59,395 bases of DNA, filler included, from Platydemus manokwari (GCA_037951405.1; 4 parts of 4 records of this genome joined end to end with filler, not necessarily neighbours in it); one strand, 5' to 3'; positions 13,722 through 26,934 are shown, counted from the first letter of the whole stretch. Translations and numbers: made by a program. The notes: generated by a model from the sequence alone, not told the origin.

Positions 13722-13783
13722 CTAAAACAAGGGTTTCAAGGTACGAAATCGTTTTTCTTTTTCAGGATTTGGTCTTCACTCAA

Positions 13784-13832
<49 letters not shown>
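13722..13832 (+). repeat. Dispersed repeat family C with (ATT)n tail
   Basis: aaaacaagggtt.caagg...tcactca..aacattatt shared with ~23000-23068; here it runs into ~15 ATT units. Confidence 0.65.
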
Positions 13833-13903
13833 GTGGTTGTTGTTATTGTTGTAGTCGTTGGAAATAGCTACTATTTTAATAACTATACATTAAAAATGAA
13901 CTG

Positions 13904-14507
13904 GGATAAAATTAAGAAAGGGCCATAAAATGAAATTTTAAATTTGTTGAATTTACTGTAAAATTCTATATATTTTATTTAATTATATTCTTTAAAAACA
14001 TTTTGAATATTTTATTTAATTACTTGAGAAGAGTTTTAGTGGTTTGAAATCAAATACTGAATAGACTACAGCTTAAAAATCTCATAAAATTTGATTATTT
14101 GAAAAAATGAAAAAAGTAGGTCAAATTACAATTTATTCAAAATTAGCGAGGACGCTTTTTTAACATTAGAAGCAAATTGATAGATATTCTCAATTTTACA
14201 ATGATTTTATAAAAATAACCAATAATATCATTAAACATATCTGCAATTAACAAACTCGATTTATAATTATAAACATTTAACTTTAAAAACTCAAATAATC
14301 ATATAGAAGCGCTGTAATTGGAATAGGAACTTGGTTTTAAAGATATGTTTTGTCACTATTAGACAATTTAAAAATGTGATATTAACTAAATTATATGAAT
14401 AAATGAAACATAGCGGTTATATATAAAATTAACTAATGAAATTATCTGATGCGCGAAAATTAATTATAACGAACATAGCTCAAAGGGCCCTTTTCTTAAC
14501 TTAAGCC
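13904..14507. mobile_element. Non-autonomous TIR element (GG-terminal family D), 604 bp, nested in repeat family A
   Basis: Ends ggataaaattaagaaagggcc / ggcccttttcttaacttaagcc; flanks atgaactg / aagaactg (7 of 8 match); removing it restores the family A core. Confidence 0.8.
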
Positions 14508-14605
14508 AAGAACTGAAAAGTCACGACAACAAATTCTATTTATATATAAATATTTAAACAAATTAATCTGATTTTATTCCAAAAATTTTATACAAAATTA
14601 AATCT

Positions 14606-14667
14606 TTATTATTATTATTATTATTGTTATTATTGTTATTATAGTTATGATTATTATTATAGTTATG

Positions 14668-14703
<36 letters not shown>
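14606..14703. repeat. Imperfect (TTA)n microsatellite
   Basis: Direct reading. Confidence 0.95.
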
Positions 14704-16008
14704 GCAATCCACATGAATGCTTATCCGATCATATACATTAACGTAGTAGAAAATTGAAAATATTATATATAATCAATCAACTGATAGAATCAATAAAACA
14801 TTGATGGCATATCACGCATTTCATTTGAAAACTAAAGATGGTGACAATCTGTTTAGTGAACCGCTTCTGTTAAGAATAATTATAAAATATCTTCTTTATT
14901 ATCTGTTATTGGTTGACTAATAGATATTTACAATAAGATTCTCATAAAAAAATTGTGTTTTGGTATAAAATTTGAATAAAATAATCAATAATTATTGCAA
15001 ATTAACCGCTAAAGATAAATAAAAATTTATTAAATCTTGCCGACTAGTAGATTATTTTAAATTTTTTACTAGATTATTGTATATTAATTATAATAATAAT
15101 AATGACAATAATAATAGTATAATAATGTGATAATAATCGATAATAATAAAACATTATAATGCGACTTTAAAATTCTTAGAGTCAGAGTTTCTGTTTAAGT
15201 AATAACAATTAGTTTTCCAAAGACAATAAAAACTAAGAGTTAAAGTTCGCTGTTATATTCCTGTTATAGCGCCATTTATAAACCAGTATTATTATTATAT
15301 TTTTCTTTGTCTAAATTTCAAATATGAAAACGGTTTGTCTTTCTTTATTATTTTCATCTTCATTTTAAATAATAATCAATATTTTTTTCTGTTAAACATA
15401 AAATAATCTTTTAGAATTTTCCATTATATTTTTACGGTTCTGCAAATTTTATGTATACATGAATTCGTTTAATATCATCTTAATCGAAAATTCATAATCA
15501 ATTTAATATTGATTATCAATAATTGATTTTGTTAAATATTATTACAACAAATACGGTTAAATTTAGTTGTTCGGGTTGATGCCAAACTGCAATTTGCAAT
15601 ATTTTTTATTAGAATTTACAATAAACAACTAAGGATTGATTGATAGTTCTGATTTGATCAATAAAGGCGGTGATAAATTTCACTTAAAAATCGAGTTTTA
15701 TTTAATTTTTAATAAATTCTTAAAATTTCAATTAGGTTTTTTATTATTATCATGTTTTCTGACCGTAGATTATTCGGGTTCTGGTGATACGTATTCGGTA
15801 GACTTTAGTCTTTAATTTAGGGTCTCCCTTGGGCGCTCCCATGTCGAAAATAAATACTGTAACACAATGTAAAATCTATTTTTCCAGATTGCATCTATTT
15901 TAAACGGCTCATCGGATTTTTATTTTATTATAAACGTATGAGTTTAATGAAAATCTCTGTGACGAATACGCACATTTCTAAAATTTCTTCATTAATGAAA
16001 ATTGTAAA

Positions 16009-16140
16009 CCGCTACTATTTTATATAACACGCATGGAAAACGAACTGAAAAAGACATGACACTAAAATCGTATTCAAATACAATTATTTAAACAAATTAT
16101 TATAATTTTATATAAAGTCTAATTTTATACAAAATTAAGC
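16009..16140 (-). repeat. Dispersed repeat family A, uninterrupted copy
   Basis: ccgctactatttt...aaaacgaactgaaaa.gacatgacac...ttttatacaaaattaa. Confidence 0.7.
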
Positions 16141-17876
16141 CTTTAAACCTTTAAAAATTTTAAATCAATTTCAAATTCTCACAAAAGTGATTAGCAAATT
16201 AAACGGATTGTGTTATCACACTTGACAATAAATGTGTATCATCGTAATGATTGACAAATCTTAGGGAAGCAACTAATATATTGAACCTGCTTATCTCCTC
16301 GACCGAGAACTTTCAATGCAATGAAATTAACGTTAAATAATTTTGACAAGAATTTGCTGAAATAGTTTTGCAAGGCGGCAGTTTTGTAAATCAAAATCAA
16401 AATTATTTCAAAAATTATCATAAAGAATTTTCAAGAATTTTTTGGCAGGATTTCAATGGAAAAGAAGAAATATGAAAGTGAAAGTGATAAAGAACTGGAA
16501 ATTGAAGCACACCCTTTTTTAAAAAGTATTGAAACATTAATATTGATGGAGAATTCGAATTCACTGAGAGAAACAATTGCATTAGTTGTATCAACGAAGT
16601 TTTGAGCAGAGTTGACACAGAAACATGAGGTCGATAAGCACAAAATAAACTAAAAGTATATAAAAAATTCATTTACTTTCACTCGTTTATCATTTGTTGC
16701 GTGTGTGTATCTGCTAGTGTCAAAGCACCTAGGTGCTTTTAAAATTATCAAATAATTCTTATTATCGATTTATTTCGTAAATAGTTGGTTAGTGCGACCA
16801 CAAACATTAATTTTATCAATTTTATGTTTCGATTTGACTTCAAAAACCATAGATGCAGTAGATTAACATTTATCCAATAGAAATTTATCCAATGAAAGTT
16901 CTTTTAATTGAATCTTAGTTTATTGAATAATAATAATTATAATTAAAACAAAATATAATAATTATAATTGTAGTTTAGTTATGATGAATATCTCGATAAC
17001 ACGGACTCACGACCAAGAAGTGAGCGATAGTGATAGTGAGTGAGTAATTAATTGATCGAATATAAATATTGGAATGGTCATTGATTCAATCAATGGAACT
17101 CCACAATCATTACAGTATTAACACAAATTATAATTAAAGCAACAATACTTATGATAATGAAATAAATCTCATTACTTTTATTATTGTTGTTTTAATGGTT
17201 ATCATTGAAATAATAATAAGTTCACAATATATCGATAATTATTTGGAACACTGTTTATAGTGAAGTTTAAATGCCGTTGAAGAAAAGCCAGTGATTTCCA
17301 TATTTAATTTAATTACCCACCTATCAAGTATCAATCATTAGCTTGAATATTTCTGATATTTATTTATCCATGACAGAATAACCACAACAAGAGATTTTGT
17401 AAAATAAATAAAATAGGAAATGTCTGTCAGATAATTTTGTATAAAGGGATTTATTAATACTGATTAACAAAGTCATTTTTATATTTTTATCCTTTATTAT
17501 CACAGTAATCCAGAGAGTTAAAAATATTCATTTTGTTAATAAAGATAGATGATCCTTTCGTTGGTATTTATAAAATTATATTAACATTGACGATTTGATG
17601 GACTAGATAGCTGAAACCGTCATAGATAATTTCAAATGTTGCGAAATAATTACAGTAGTCAATTTGTTGGTTGACGGTATGGAATATTAAATGGTATTAC
17701 AGGAAATTACGTGCTAGTATCTACCAGTGTTTTATTTAAAATTGTAGAAAATAATTTTTTGAGTATTCATCAACGCTTTATTGAAATATTTGATCTCCGA
17801 CGTGATCAAACTATTTAGGCATTCTGTTACGAAATTTAACGGCATTAGATACCAAAATTGTACTTGAAGATCTGTT

Positions 17877-18700
17877 AGGATCAGAACCCACAGTGAGTTA
17901 CACAACCACAAATAACATGTTACGCCCACAAACATAATTACATAAATAAAAATCCTAAAATCCTAAAAATGAACTTGAAATTAAAAATAGAAATATATAA
18001 TTACAAAAATAGAACTTATAATACAAAAAACTATAAATAGAATTTAATAATTGCCAAAATAGAACAGAAAATAAAAATAGGATTTTGAAATTTCAAATAT
18101 AGAAAAATCGCGATTGGCTGAAACCATAAGAAAAAGTGGCATAAAAGAAGGTAGATATTTAGAACAAGCGCACAATAATAGAATAGCGACAAACTTCACA
18201 GTCACATCGCAGACAGACTAGGACAAGACACCAAGTTAGAAAGCGAAAGCATTACTCAGCTACGAGTCAAGCATTGCGTAACAAAAATCTCCATCACAAG
18301 CCGATTTATTAGCGAGATATAGACCGAGTGGATAATAGTTTCATACCGTGTCGATAGATTTGGTATTAAGTAACCCACTCTTCATTTGCTCCTATCTTTT
18401 TCACAGTTTTTATTCATTCTATGGTTCACCCATATTGTGAATCTTATCCTCTGATTAAGTGAGTCAACACTTCGCCAGTTCTGATTTTACATAAGTAGAG
18501 TAATCTACTTTGTTAACTATTTATTATATTGGTTTCATTATTAATTAACTTTTCAGTATATTTGCGTTATTGTTATTTATTATATCTTTATCTATAATTA
18601 AATCGCAACCCATCTTACTTCACACGAAACAAAACAGATTGTTTGGAGTCCGATCTGTAAAAACAACGAGCAGCTCAATAACCAGTCATACCTCACCTCA
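17877..18700 (-). repeat. Dispersed repeat family E (~0.8 kb, possibly LTR-like), copy 1
   Basis: Reverse complement matches ~50540-51347 in several colinear blocks (atcggactccaaacaatctgtt, aatgaataaaaact, tcgacacg, ccaatcg.ga.tttt, tgggcgt, gatcctaa). Confidence 0.8.
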
Positions 18701-20984
18701 AATAAAACCAAAATCCAATAGATCACAATATTTTACAGTATTTTCCAATATTTTAAACAAATAAAGTTCAAAATCAATAATCAAATGAGTAATCAATACA
18801 ATGTGGGATCAGCATCTGGAAGTCAAACAACGACAAAGATAACATCAACAAAATCACATAAAAGTCACTCAGTTGAAAGTTACCGACCAAAATGACTGAC
18901 AGATACGCATGAGATAAAACTCAATTTATTGGATTATCGTGTATGTACACTTGATGCGTGAACGCTTTAGCTTTCATTCGACTTGTGAGCAAATTTTTTG
19001 TATCTCTCCTGCAATTGGCGAATCTCAATATCTGTTGCCTGATATTGATGTGAACCAATTGATTATCAATTTCTATATATTGATTGATCTAAAGAAAGCA
19101 TCGAATCTGTGACTATCGACTATTTGAGGGCTATTTTCATGGTTACGAATGTTGTAAACCATTTTAAGATTAGCCATCTATTCTTAGAAAGATCAAGATT
19201 ACTATTCGAGTCTTATCCTGTTGATCTAAAATCGAATTGACTGATAATTTGATTTTGCGACCCTGGTTAGAAATTCTTTCTGTCGATAATTCTACTGTCG
19301 GTACAGGAGAGAATACAATTAATCACATGTAATTTATAGTATTTAATTAAAACAACACCAACAAAAGAACTAACGATAGCTCAGAATGAATCGCAAAATT
19401 ACTTACAAAACAATTACGATGATATAATTGACTGAAAAGTGGCAAAGTCTACTTTGTGAGCCTCCTTATACATCGTTTGATTTGTAGTTGCTTTGTGCTT
19501 TTCACAAAGTCTATTTTGGAAATTGTTAGTAATTTAAATAGTCTGTGGAATTTGGTATGTTGTTTCATCTTAATTGATTTTTGATAGGTTCGTACTAAGT
19601 TGCTTGTGTGTATATTTATAATATTGAACAGTAGTTAGAGAAAGTTGGAGAAATAATTAGATCATCAATTGAACCAAGTGTTAACTGTCTGGAGTGAATA
19701 ACAAGTATTTTCATTTGTTTAGTGCACCTGAACTTAAAGTGTAGACCTTAGTCCATGGGACATATGGCATTAATATTCCAAAGAAATTCAACAGATTTCT
19801 TTTTTAAACATAATCTTTATTTGATAAATGTTTTCATCACATAATATCAATATCGATTCAGCAAACGAAGCTTCAGATACTACTTCCTGACATTACAGTA
19901 TTGCTATCAAGCAATGTTGTCTATGATCCTATTCGTTGATCAAAGTATTTGCAATGTCTGTAATAAAAGTCCCAAAGAGTGAGCGGGTATTAAATTCTTT
20001 TGACCTATATCAGATCCTTTATCTTCCAATTTTTAACAAATTTTAGTGCATTCCAATCTTTGATGAGTAAACTTATTGTTATTGTGAATTATTTAACTAA
20101 TAATCACAATGGCTTCCTAAATATAATTTAAAATTTCGACTATAGAATCTTATTGCTTTGGAAAACTCACTATTAAGCTATATTTATAAAACGTAATGAA
20201 GAATTCCAAAAGTAACAGTTTATAAATACACTTTGTACGAAAAGAGGTTCATACATACGGGTACATATATTTTAGAATCGGCAGTTCAGTGGTGATTTTA
20301 GTATAGTTTATAATCGAAAAGACCCCGAATCTGCTAATTGATATTTAATATTCTCTCTATGGTATTCCAGATATAAGACACATTAAGAGGCATTGTAAAT
20401 CAATACAATCTACACTACTTGATCGTCGTAAATCGATGTGAATTACTCATTTGCTTCTTATCGATCTTTTTTTACATCACAATGTCATCCTCGTACTAAT
20501 AGTAAAATTTGCTTTGTTTCTTTGATGATCTTCAACAAATAGATTTCCCATGTACCTGTAGCCACTTAAGTGAATTTTACAATCGAATTTCCTCTTAAAT
20601 TGAGTGAATATGAGATCGCAAATTGAAAAACGCTTCATCGTTCATCAAACGATGATGAAATGAAATCAATCTTTTGATAAAATCTCACCTAGCCCTGCAA
20701 AACTTCGATCTCCATTTTAATATCAAAGCTTCATTGTTTTGAAAATATTCAAATTAGAGAAAATATCGTTCTGGAATTAAAAAATTTAATAAAATTAAAT
20801 TTTATAACGAAACCGTACATTTCTTTTATTATTTTCAATAACAACTTTTGTTTTCTAAAGCAAAATGAATTAAAAATGTTTAAAAAATTCGTTTATTTTT
20901 ACTGTTGCTCGTTTTTCATTTGCTGCATGTGTGTATCTGTAATTATGCGTATATCTGTGGTTGTGTGTTTCAAAACCCTCAGAG

Positions 20985-21335
20985 CAGTGGTTCTCAACCC
21001 CGGGGCCGGCAAGCACTTTTAAAGTGGTCGCCGAATTATGATAGATGTACAAACCATTACATGTGAAAAATCGTGTTTTATGATCCTGTTAAATAAATAG
21101 TTTGTGATGCTTATTAAATTAGTTCAGTTCACAATTACCTTGACTATACAGTTAAGTATTTTATAGGTAATGTTATTATCTGATAATCTTATTATTAAAG
21201 GTAATTCATTACTTATTGAAAATTGGTTTTATTGAATATGGTGAGTTATGACCTACTTTTAATAAAAATGATTTTCTTTGGGGTCGCTAAGATCTTAAAA
21301 GTAGGTCATCTGAGAAAAAAGGTGGAGAACTGCTG
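20985..21335. mobile_element. hAT (Charlie-like) MITE, 351 bp
   Basis: TIRs CAGTGGTTCTCAACC / GGTGGAGAACTGCTG; 8-bp TSD cctcagag / ccttagag; subterminal ggtcgc motifs. Confidence 0.9.
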
Positions 21336-22539
21336 CCTTAGAGGGTTTTTGTTTCGTATATGGTAGTTAGTTTCAATTTTTACATTATCATTTGGGATAT
21401 ATTGCTTGAAACGGTAGGAAAAATGTAATTAAATGCTCATCATACTGACACAAATTCTTCTCCAAATTCGGGCCAGTCGATATATTTTAAAAACCACCAA
21501 AAATTTTTTAGATCCATAAATAAATTCATTCCATGTAAATTGATAGCTTTATGTTTCATTTTTTTAAAGCCCCTCAATTCTGGACTAAAATATTCTAGAC
21601 TAAATAAATAATCTGTTTACGTCAGCTGATCTAAATAATAGATAAAGTTATAACCAGGCAAATTATCGTTTTACAATCAGAATTTTACTGATATTATATA
21701 AATAGGTATTCAATTATATCTATCGAAAATAATATGCGTGTCGACTGAAAGTATTTTTAGCTAACAATTGTAAGTTTATTTCAAAATATAGTTATTTGAG
21801 ACCATTCATTGATGATAAATTGATGATCATGTCGGTTCCAATTGTTTTATTTTCTATTACCAAATAATTGGTTAATGGTTTTCGAACAACAGCTAAATTC
21901 AGAAAAGCTTGGATAAAATCATTATTGTTAAAATAAAATATTGTTTTTTTATAATGTTTCCGTATTAGACAATGCCTCAACATTACCGCACTGTTAGCTG
22001 TTCTAGCTTTGTGGAAAATGATAACAATTTATGTGATAAAGGATTTTTTTTGTTTACGACAGGAATATTCTGACCTGCCAACCAAATGATATTCAGATTA
22101 TTTTACAATAAATAAATCATTTACACGTCAACTTTTCCCAATTAAATCCAATACAACCAGTTCTCCTATTGATCAGCGGGTTATTTCAGAAATTATCGAA
22201 AATTTATTCATCATTTCATTAAATATTCAGGAAGAAATTTGAAATTTTAAGAATGAATTTCAAATATAAACCATAATTGTTTTAGAATTAAAAGAAATTC
22301 ATTGTTTTATTTATTATCAAGTTCGTATTTGGAATTAAAAAGTTAAAAATTAATAATTTTTCCACTACAACCGGCCAACTTTCAGAACACATGGCGGTAC
22401 AGTTTTTCGTATATCCTTGATCGATTCTAACATAAAGCCAAACAAATATTATTTTATTACAATATGCTGATCGCATTGTAATAGTTTTAGTTCCTTTGAA
22501 ACAATCTGACTTTTAATTCTGATCATAAAGAGTGATAAA

Positions 22540-22850
22540 ATATTATAGGATCTTGATTCTGAAAAAGCGAATTAGTGCTGACTCCAAAAATCGAAGGTTG
22601 CAAATTTTATTTCTTACCATTACAATTAAAACTCGACTTTCATCTACACGCTTACTAATCAGTACGAGTCACAAATTCAATGCAATGTCTCAAATAACGT
22701 AACCAAAACCTGGCTTACAACTGTCAGTTGGCCATCGTTACATAAGTATTTACACTCGAGATCTACATGTAATTTATTGTGTCACGCTTGTATCATATTT
22801 TGATTTGATCTTTACTTTTCTATGTTTCTATTGAGTTTATTGGTTTTTGT
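22540..22850 (-). repeat. Dispersed repeat family B, copy 2
   Basis: Reverse complement aligns with 4188-4500. Confidence 0.85.
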
Positions 22851-22999
22851 ATGTGTGGGATTGGTCAATCCCTATGTGTGTGTGTTGTTGTGTGGCTATG
22901 TTCCAATGTCCAATTGTCGCTTTCCATATAACTCCGCCTTGATTGGTTGATTTCCATGGATGTATAGTTATGTAGGTATGGAAATGTTTAAATTCCTAC

Positions 23000-23068
23000 A
23001 AAACAAGGGTTCCAAGGTTTAAATCCATTTTTCATTTGCAAGATTTCATCTCACTCAGCAACATTATT
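23000..23068 (+). repeat. Dispersed repeat family C, copy 2
   Basis: aaaacaagggttccaagg...tctcactcagcaacattatt. Confidence 0.6.
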
Positions 23069-23511
23069 GGTAAAATATTTTCGTCGATTAGAGCAGATAT
23101 TCATAATATTTAGCCAATATTAAGTTTACATAATATCTATGAGTTCTATAAAAGTTATACGACGCAAATGTTACATTTCTGAAGACCATTTTTTCCAAGC
23201 AATCTCTTATTAATAACCAATTTCCAGATGCATTTTTATTTTGAAGTTAAAATTAATTTTTCATAAAATTTTGATTAATATCGGATCTTACCATAGTTTA
23301 TTTGTATTGTCAGATATAATATCAAATGTTTTTGTGTTAATTTTCATTAATTACGCTCACCAGCACACAGATATTACTCAACTTCTGAAATATTAATATC
23401 ATTTTTAAAATTTTATTTAATAAATAAAGTTAACAAAATGTAGAAACTGACTTAAAACCAGAATTTATTTTATAATAAGAAATTTATAAGTGTATATTTA
23501 TATTTATATAA

Positions 23512-26463
23512 ATGGTTATTGATTTATTTTGTCAACCATTACAAAATATAATTATGCATATGGTAAAACAAGAAGATAAAGTTGATCCTGAACAAATTCG
23601 AAGTTCTTTATTTCTCTGTGTTCGCAGTGTTCGATACATGACAGAACAACTTGTGACAATAGTAGCCTCATTAAATGAAGGATCATCAAAGGAAAACCAT
23701 CGTCACAATTACAATAGAGGAAATGAAATTGCCGATATTGCCAAAAATTATGAAACTGAAAAAACATCTTGTGAAGATTTAACATCGGAATCAATCCATT
23801 CAACGATGCCCAGGACAAATTCGACTGAATCATTGTTGTCGAAAAATATCCATGTTATCAAAAAACATGATGATTGTGAAAAATTGAAGAAAAATAGTAT
23901 CCACAAACATTTCCATGAAAATGAGTGCGACACAAGAAAAACTTTATTACTTACAAAAAAATTCGCCAATGGCAAAAAATCAGCTCCACGAATAAAGAGT
24001 TCCTACGATTCTAAAGCTACGGATTCATTGAACCATGCAGCTTCCCAAACGTCAATTAAAGACACAGAAGACAAGCAAAGTTTCACGACTCCTGAACGAT
24101 TCACTCAAACAAATACGGAGAATATGTGCAATGAAAAGTCATCTTTTGTGTTGAATTGCGACATTTTGAAATCGGAAAATAAAGCCATTCAGGTAGTTCC
24201 CAATAATGCTCCATTTTATATTACCGATTTTCCAAACAAATCAGCCTTTCGAAGTCCAATCAAACTACAGAATCATGATGAATCCATTACGAAAACTAGT
24301 TCACCGAATTCCAATCTAAAATCGAAAAACTCAAATAATGAAGACTATTTTCTTAAAGGAAATCAATTCATTAGATCGAAAATCCAAGGACATTCTGAAC
24401 TGAAGAACAATTTTGATACTCGTAGTATATATAAATCAAATTATTGTTCCAATTTACCCGTTAGGAAAACTTTGAACAAAATTACTAAATCATTTCATGA
24501 AGATGTCACTGGAAAACGATCGACGACGTCAATGAATCATAACGATTATTTGAAGAATGACGATGAAAGCATTTTCTGTAAAAAGAAAGTAAATCGACTT
24601 GTTGAAAGTCGATTATCGAATCAAGCAAATTGCAAATCAATCCAATCGAAAATTAAAGAAGACAAGTCAAATTTAGGACGATACCATCTTGAAAAATCAG
24701 AACCAATACTCATCTACAATGAAAATGAAAATCGGTTGCCAAACGGAAATCCATCTTTGATCCGAGGATATTCAATACTCCATGTCAATGATGAAGAAAA
24801 AAACGATCAAAATTCCAATGTTTTCGATGAAACCAATTTCGGTTTCGATTTTTCGAGTTGTGAAGAAAATATCAACGATCTTTCAATTTATGATCAGATT
24901 CAATGTACAAGTGATACGAATCTCATCACAGTAAGCAGTATGTCATCAGAAGATTTAATGATCTCGACTTCTCTTTCAGAAATAAGTATTTACAATTCTA
25001 AATTTACAACAAGCTGTAACAATTGTGAATTCGTGCATCTATCCTCTATTGAAAATTTCGATTTCCACTCCAATGTTACTTCGTCATCATTTTCTCCAAA
25101 TGAAACTGATATCGAATCAAATTTTTCCGCTTTTACTAGTTTGATATTGAGTAATGACAGTTTATTGGAAAGCAATTCTCTAACTAGTTTTGACGACACA
25201 CCAATGTTAAAATCGGAAAACGATCAAAGGCAAGATCAATCGACATTAGTTAAATATTTAAATAAAATCAAATCCACAAATTCAATTTCATTTTTCACTC
25301 ATCAAAATAAAGTGAAATATAAAACAATCAATACAACAAATCGTGATCGAAATTCTTGTAATGGTTCGCTCGATTATTGTCCTAATGTCAATCTTCAATT
25401 ACCGCCTTATCGTGCTACTTCGTCAATTAATGATGCCAGTACGTTATCAGTTGGATCTTTGTCGGAAAGTAGAATCCAAAACAATTCCAATCAAATCACC
25501 CAAATTTTCGTCGATAAATCAGAAAGTAAATTGGATTTAGAGATCGATTTGTTGACACAAAATAATAACCAATCAAATTTGATTAAAACTGATGATGTCA
25601 TTGATGAACAATTTAAATGTTCGAATGAGTTTGATAACTATTTCCATCAACCCATAGTCAGTGAGCTTATAGATAAAAAAATCGACTCATCTGAACAAGA
25701 CAACGATCAAGTCCTTTGGGAATCGATGAAAACCAAAGTTCATTTAGAACCATGTTATAATTCTTCAGTAAAAAATCCTAAAAATCACAATCATGACCTC
25801 ATTAGTACAAGAGATTTCTGCCAAAATCAAACTTTCACAACCTGCATTGATGATTGCTCGAATTTGTCCTGTTCTATTACTCCAAATAAAAAGTCATTCA
25901 AACATTGTTTATTAAATTCAAATAATGATAGTTTACTCTATGAAGTTGTAGCCGTTGAATATAAAACGTTTGAGTCTCATTTCAACTTCAATCCCACTTC
26001 AGAAACTCATCGTCAAAGTTTGAAGCGATCAATCGACCACGGTTTATCATCGAATTCCAAATCGGAAACAATTTTTCTCCAAGCAACCTTGGAATTAGCT
26101 GAAGATTTATCCAATATCGATAGCCGGTTTGATCGTGATTTTCATTTCCATATCGATCCACAACAATTTTCGATTGAGGAAGAAGGCATTTATCAAAGCA
26201 AATCATCGCAATTAAATAATCAAAACAAAAACGATTTACTCAGCTGTTTCGATGATCTATTTTCAGAAAATCGAAAAAAAATACCGACAATAATGTTAAG
26301 AAAAAATAAAAAACGCAAAATTAGAAAATCCAAAAAACATTTGAACATGGAACATTTAAATATCACTTCGGATAATATTCGTTTGCAATCGAAACAAAAA
26401 TATAGGAGAATGAAAAGATTGGATCATTCTAATAGCATCATTGAATGCTTTTTGGAGAATTGA
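23512..26463 (+). CDS. 983-aa intronless Ser/Asn/Lys-rich, probably disordered hypothetical protein
   Basis: 2952-bp ATG-to-TGA ORF, far longer than expected by chance in such AT-rich DNA; basic cluster RKNKKRKIRKSKK near the C-terminus; no recognised domain. Confidence 0.85.
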   Translation: MVIDLFCQPLQNIIMHMVKQEDKVDPEQIRSSLFLCVRSVRYMTEQLVTIVASLNEGSSKENHRHNYNRGNEIADIAKNYETEKTSCEDLTSESIHSTMPRTNSTESLLSKNIHVIKKHDDCEKLKKNSIHKHFHENECDTRKTLLLTKKFANGKKSAPRIKSSYDSKATDSLNHAASQTSIKDTEDKQSFTTPERFTQTNTENMCNEKSSFVLNCDILKSENKAIQVVPNNAPFYITDFPNKSAFRSPIKLQNHDESITKTSSPNSNLKSKNSNNEDYFLKGNQFIRSKIQGHSELKNNFDTRSIYKSNYCSNLPVRKTLNKITKSFHEDVTGKRSTTSMNHNDYLKNDDESIFCKKKVNRLVESRLSNQANCKSIQSKIKEDKSNLGRYHLEKSEPILIYNENENRLPNGNPSLIRGYSILHVNDEEKNDQNSNVFDETNFGFDFSSCEENINDLSIYDQIQCTSDTNLITVSSMSSEDLMISTSLSEISIYNSKFTTSCNNCEFVHLSSIENFDFHSNVTSSSFSPNETDIESNFSAFTSLILSNDSLLESNSLTSFDDTPMLKSENDQRQDQSTLVKYLNKIKSTNSISFFTHQNKVKYKTINTTNRDRNSCNGSLDYCPNVNLQLPPYRATSSINDASTLSVGSLSESRIQNNSNQITQIFVDKSESKLDLEIDLLTQNNNQSNLIKTDDVIDEQFKCSNEFDNYFHQPIVSELIDKKIDSSEQDNDQVLWESMKTKVHLEPCYNSSVKNPKNHNHDLISTRDFCQNQTFTTCIDDCSNLSCSITPNKKSFKHCLLNSNNDSLLYEVVAVEYKTFESHFNFNPTSETHRQSLKRSIDHGLSSNSKSETIFLQATLELAEDLSNIDSRFDRDFHFHIDPQQFSIEEEGIYQSKSSQLNNQNKNDLLSCFDDLFSENRKKIPTIMLRKNKKRKIRKSKKHLNMEHLNITSDNIRLQSKQKYRRMKRLDHSNSIIECFLEN

Positions 26464-26934
26464 ATAAAAAAACAAACTGAATGATAAAATCAATGTTTTG
26501 ATTCAAAATATCAAATACGAACACCACGATACACGAATTGAAGTAGATTATTGAAATGTCACATAAATATAGAATAATATCAATAAATTTTATATTAGTT
26601 TTAGAGATCGTCTGATAAATTAGAAGATCTATTTTGTGATTCAATTTTTATTCAATAATTTTTATTTATGTTTTCATGATATGTAAATGTGCCGAATGTT
26701 TAAATTAGATAAATATTCATTATTTTTTTAATTTTAATTTTATACATAAATATTTTTGGTAAGGATAGACCTAATTTTTCGTTTTTGTATCACGATGAAA
26801 CAATTTTGAATTCTAGGCAATCATCAATGTCAAAACCTATGACTGCTGGAATAATTGTTGAAAAGACTTTAATCGCTAACATGGACCACTTCTGTCACGA
26901 ACATATATCAAATACTGTTGTATTGATAATGAAT

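Noticed and set aside
16239-16800. Overlapping ORFs, possible transposase remnant
   Set aside because: No diagnostic motif I can support
19700-20700. Possible non-LTR RT remnant (minus-strand YRYMG)
   Set aside because: Single short motif; too degenerate to support
23552-26206. Short antisense and alternative-frame ORFs within the 983-aa ORF
   Set aside because: Shadow ORFs of a long coding frame with no independent evidence
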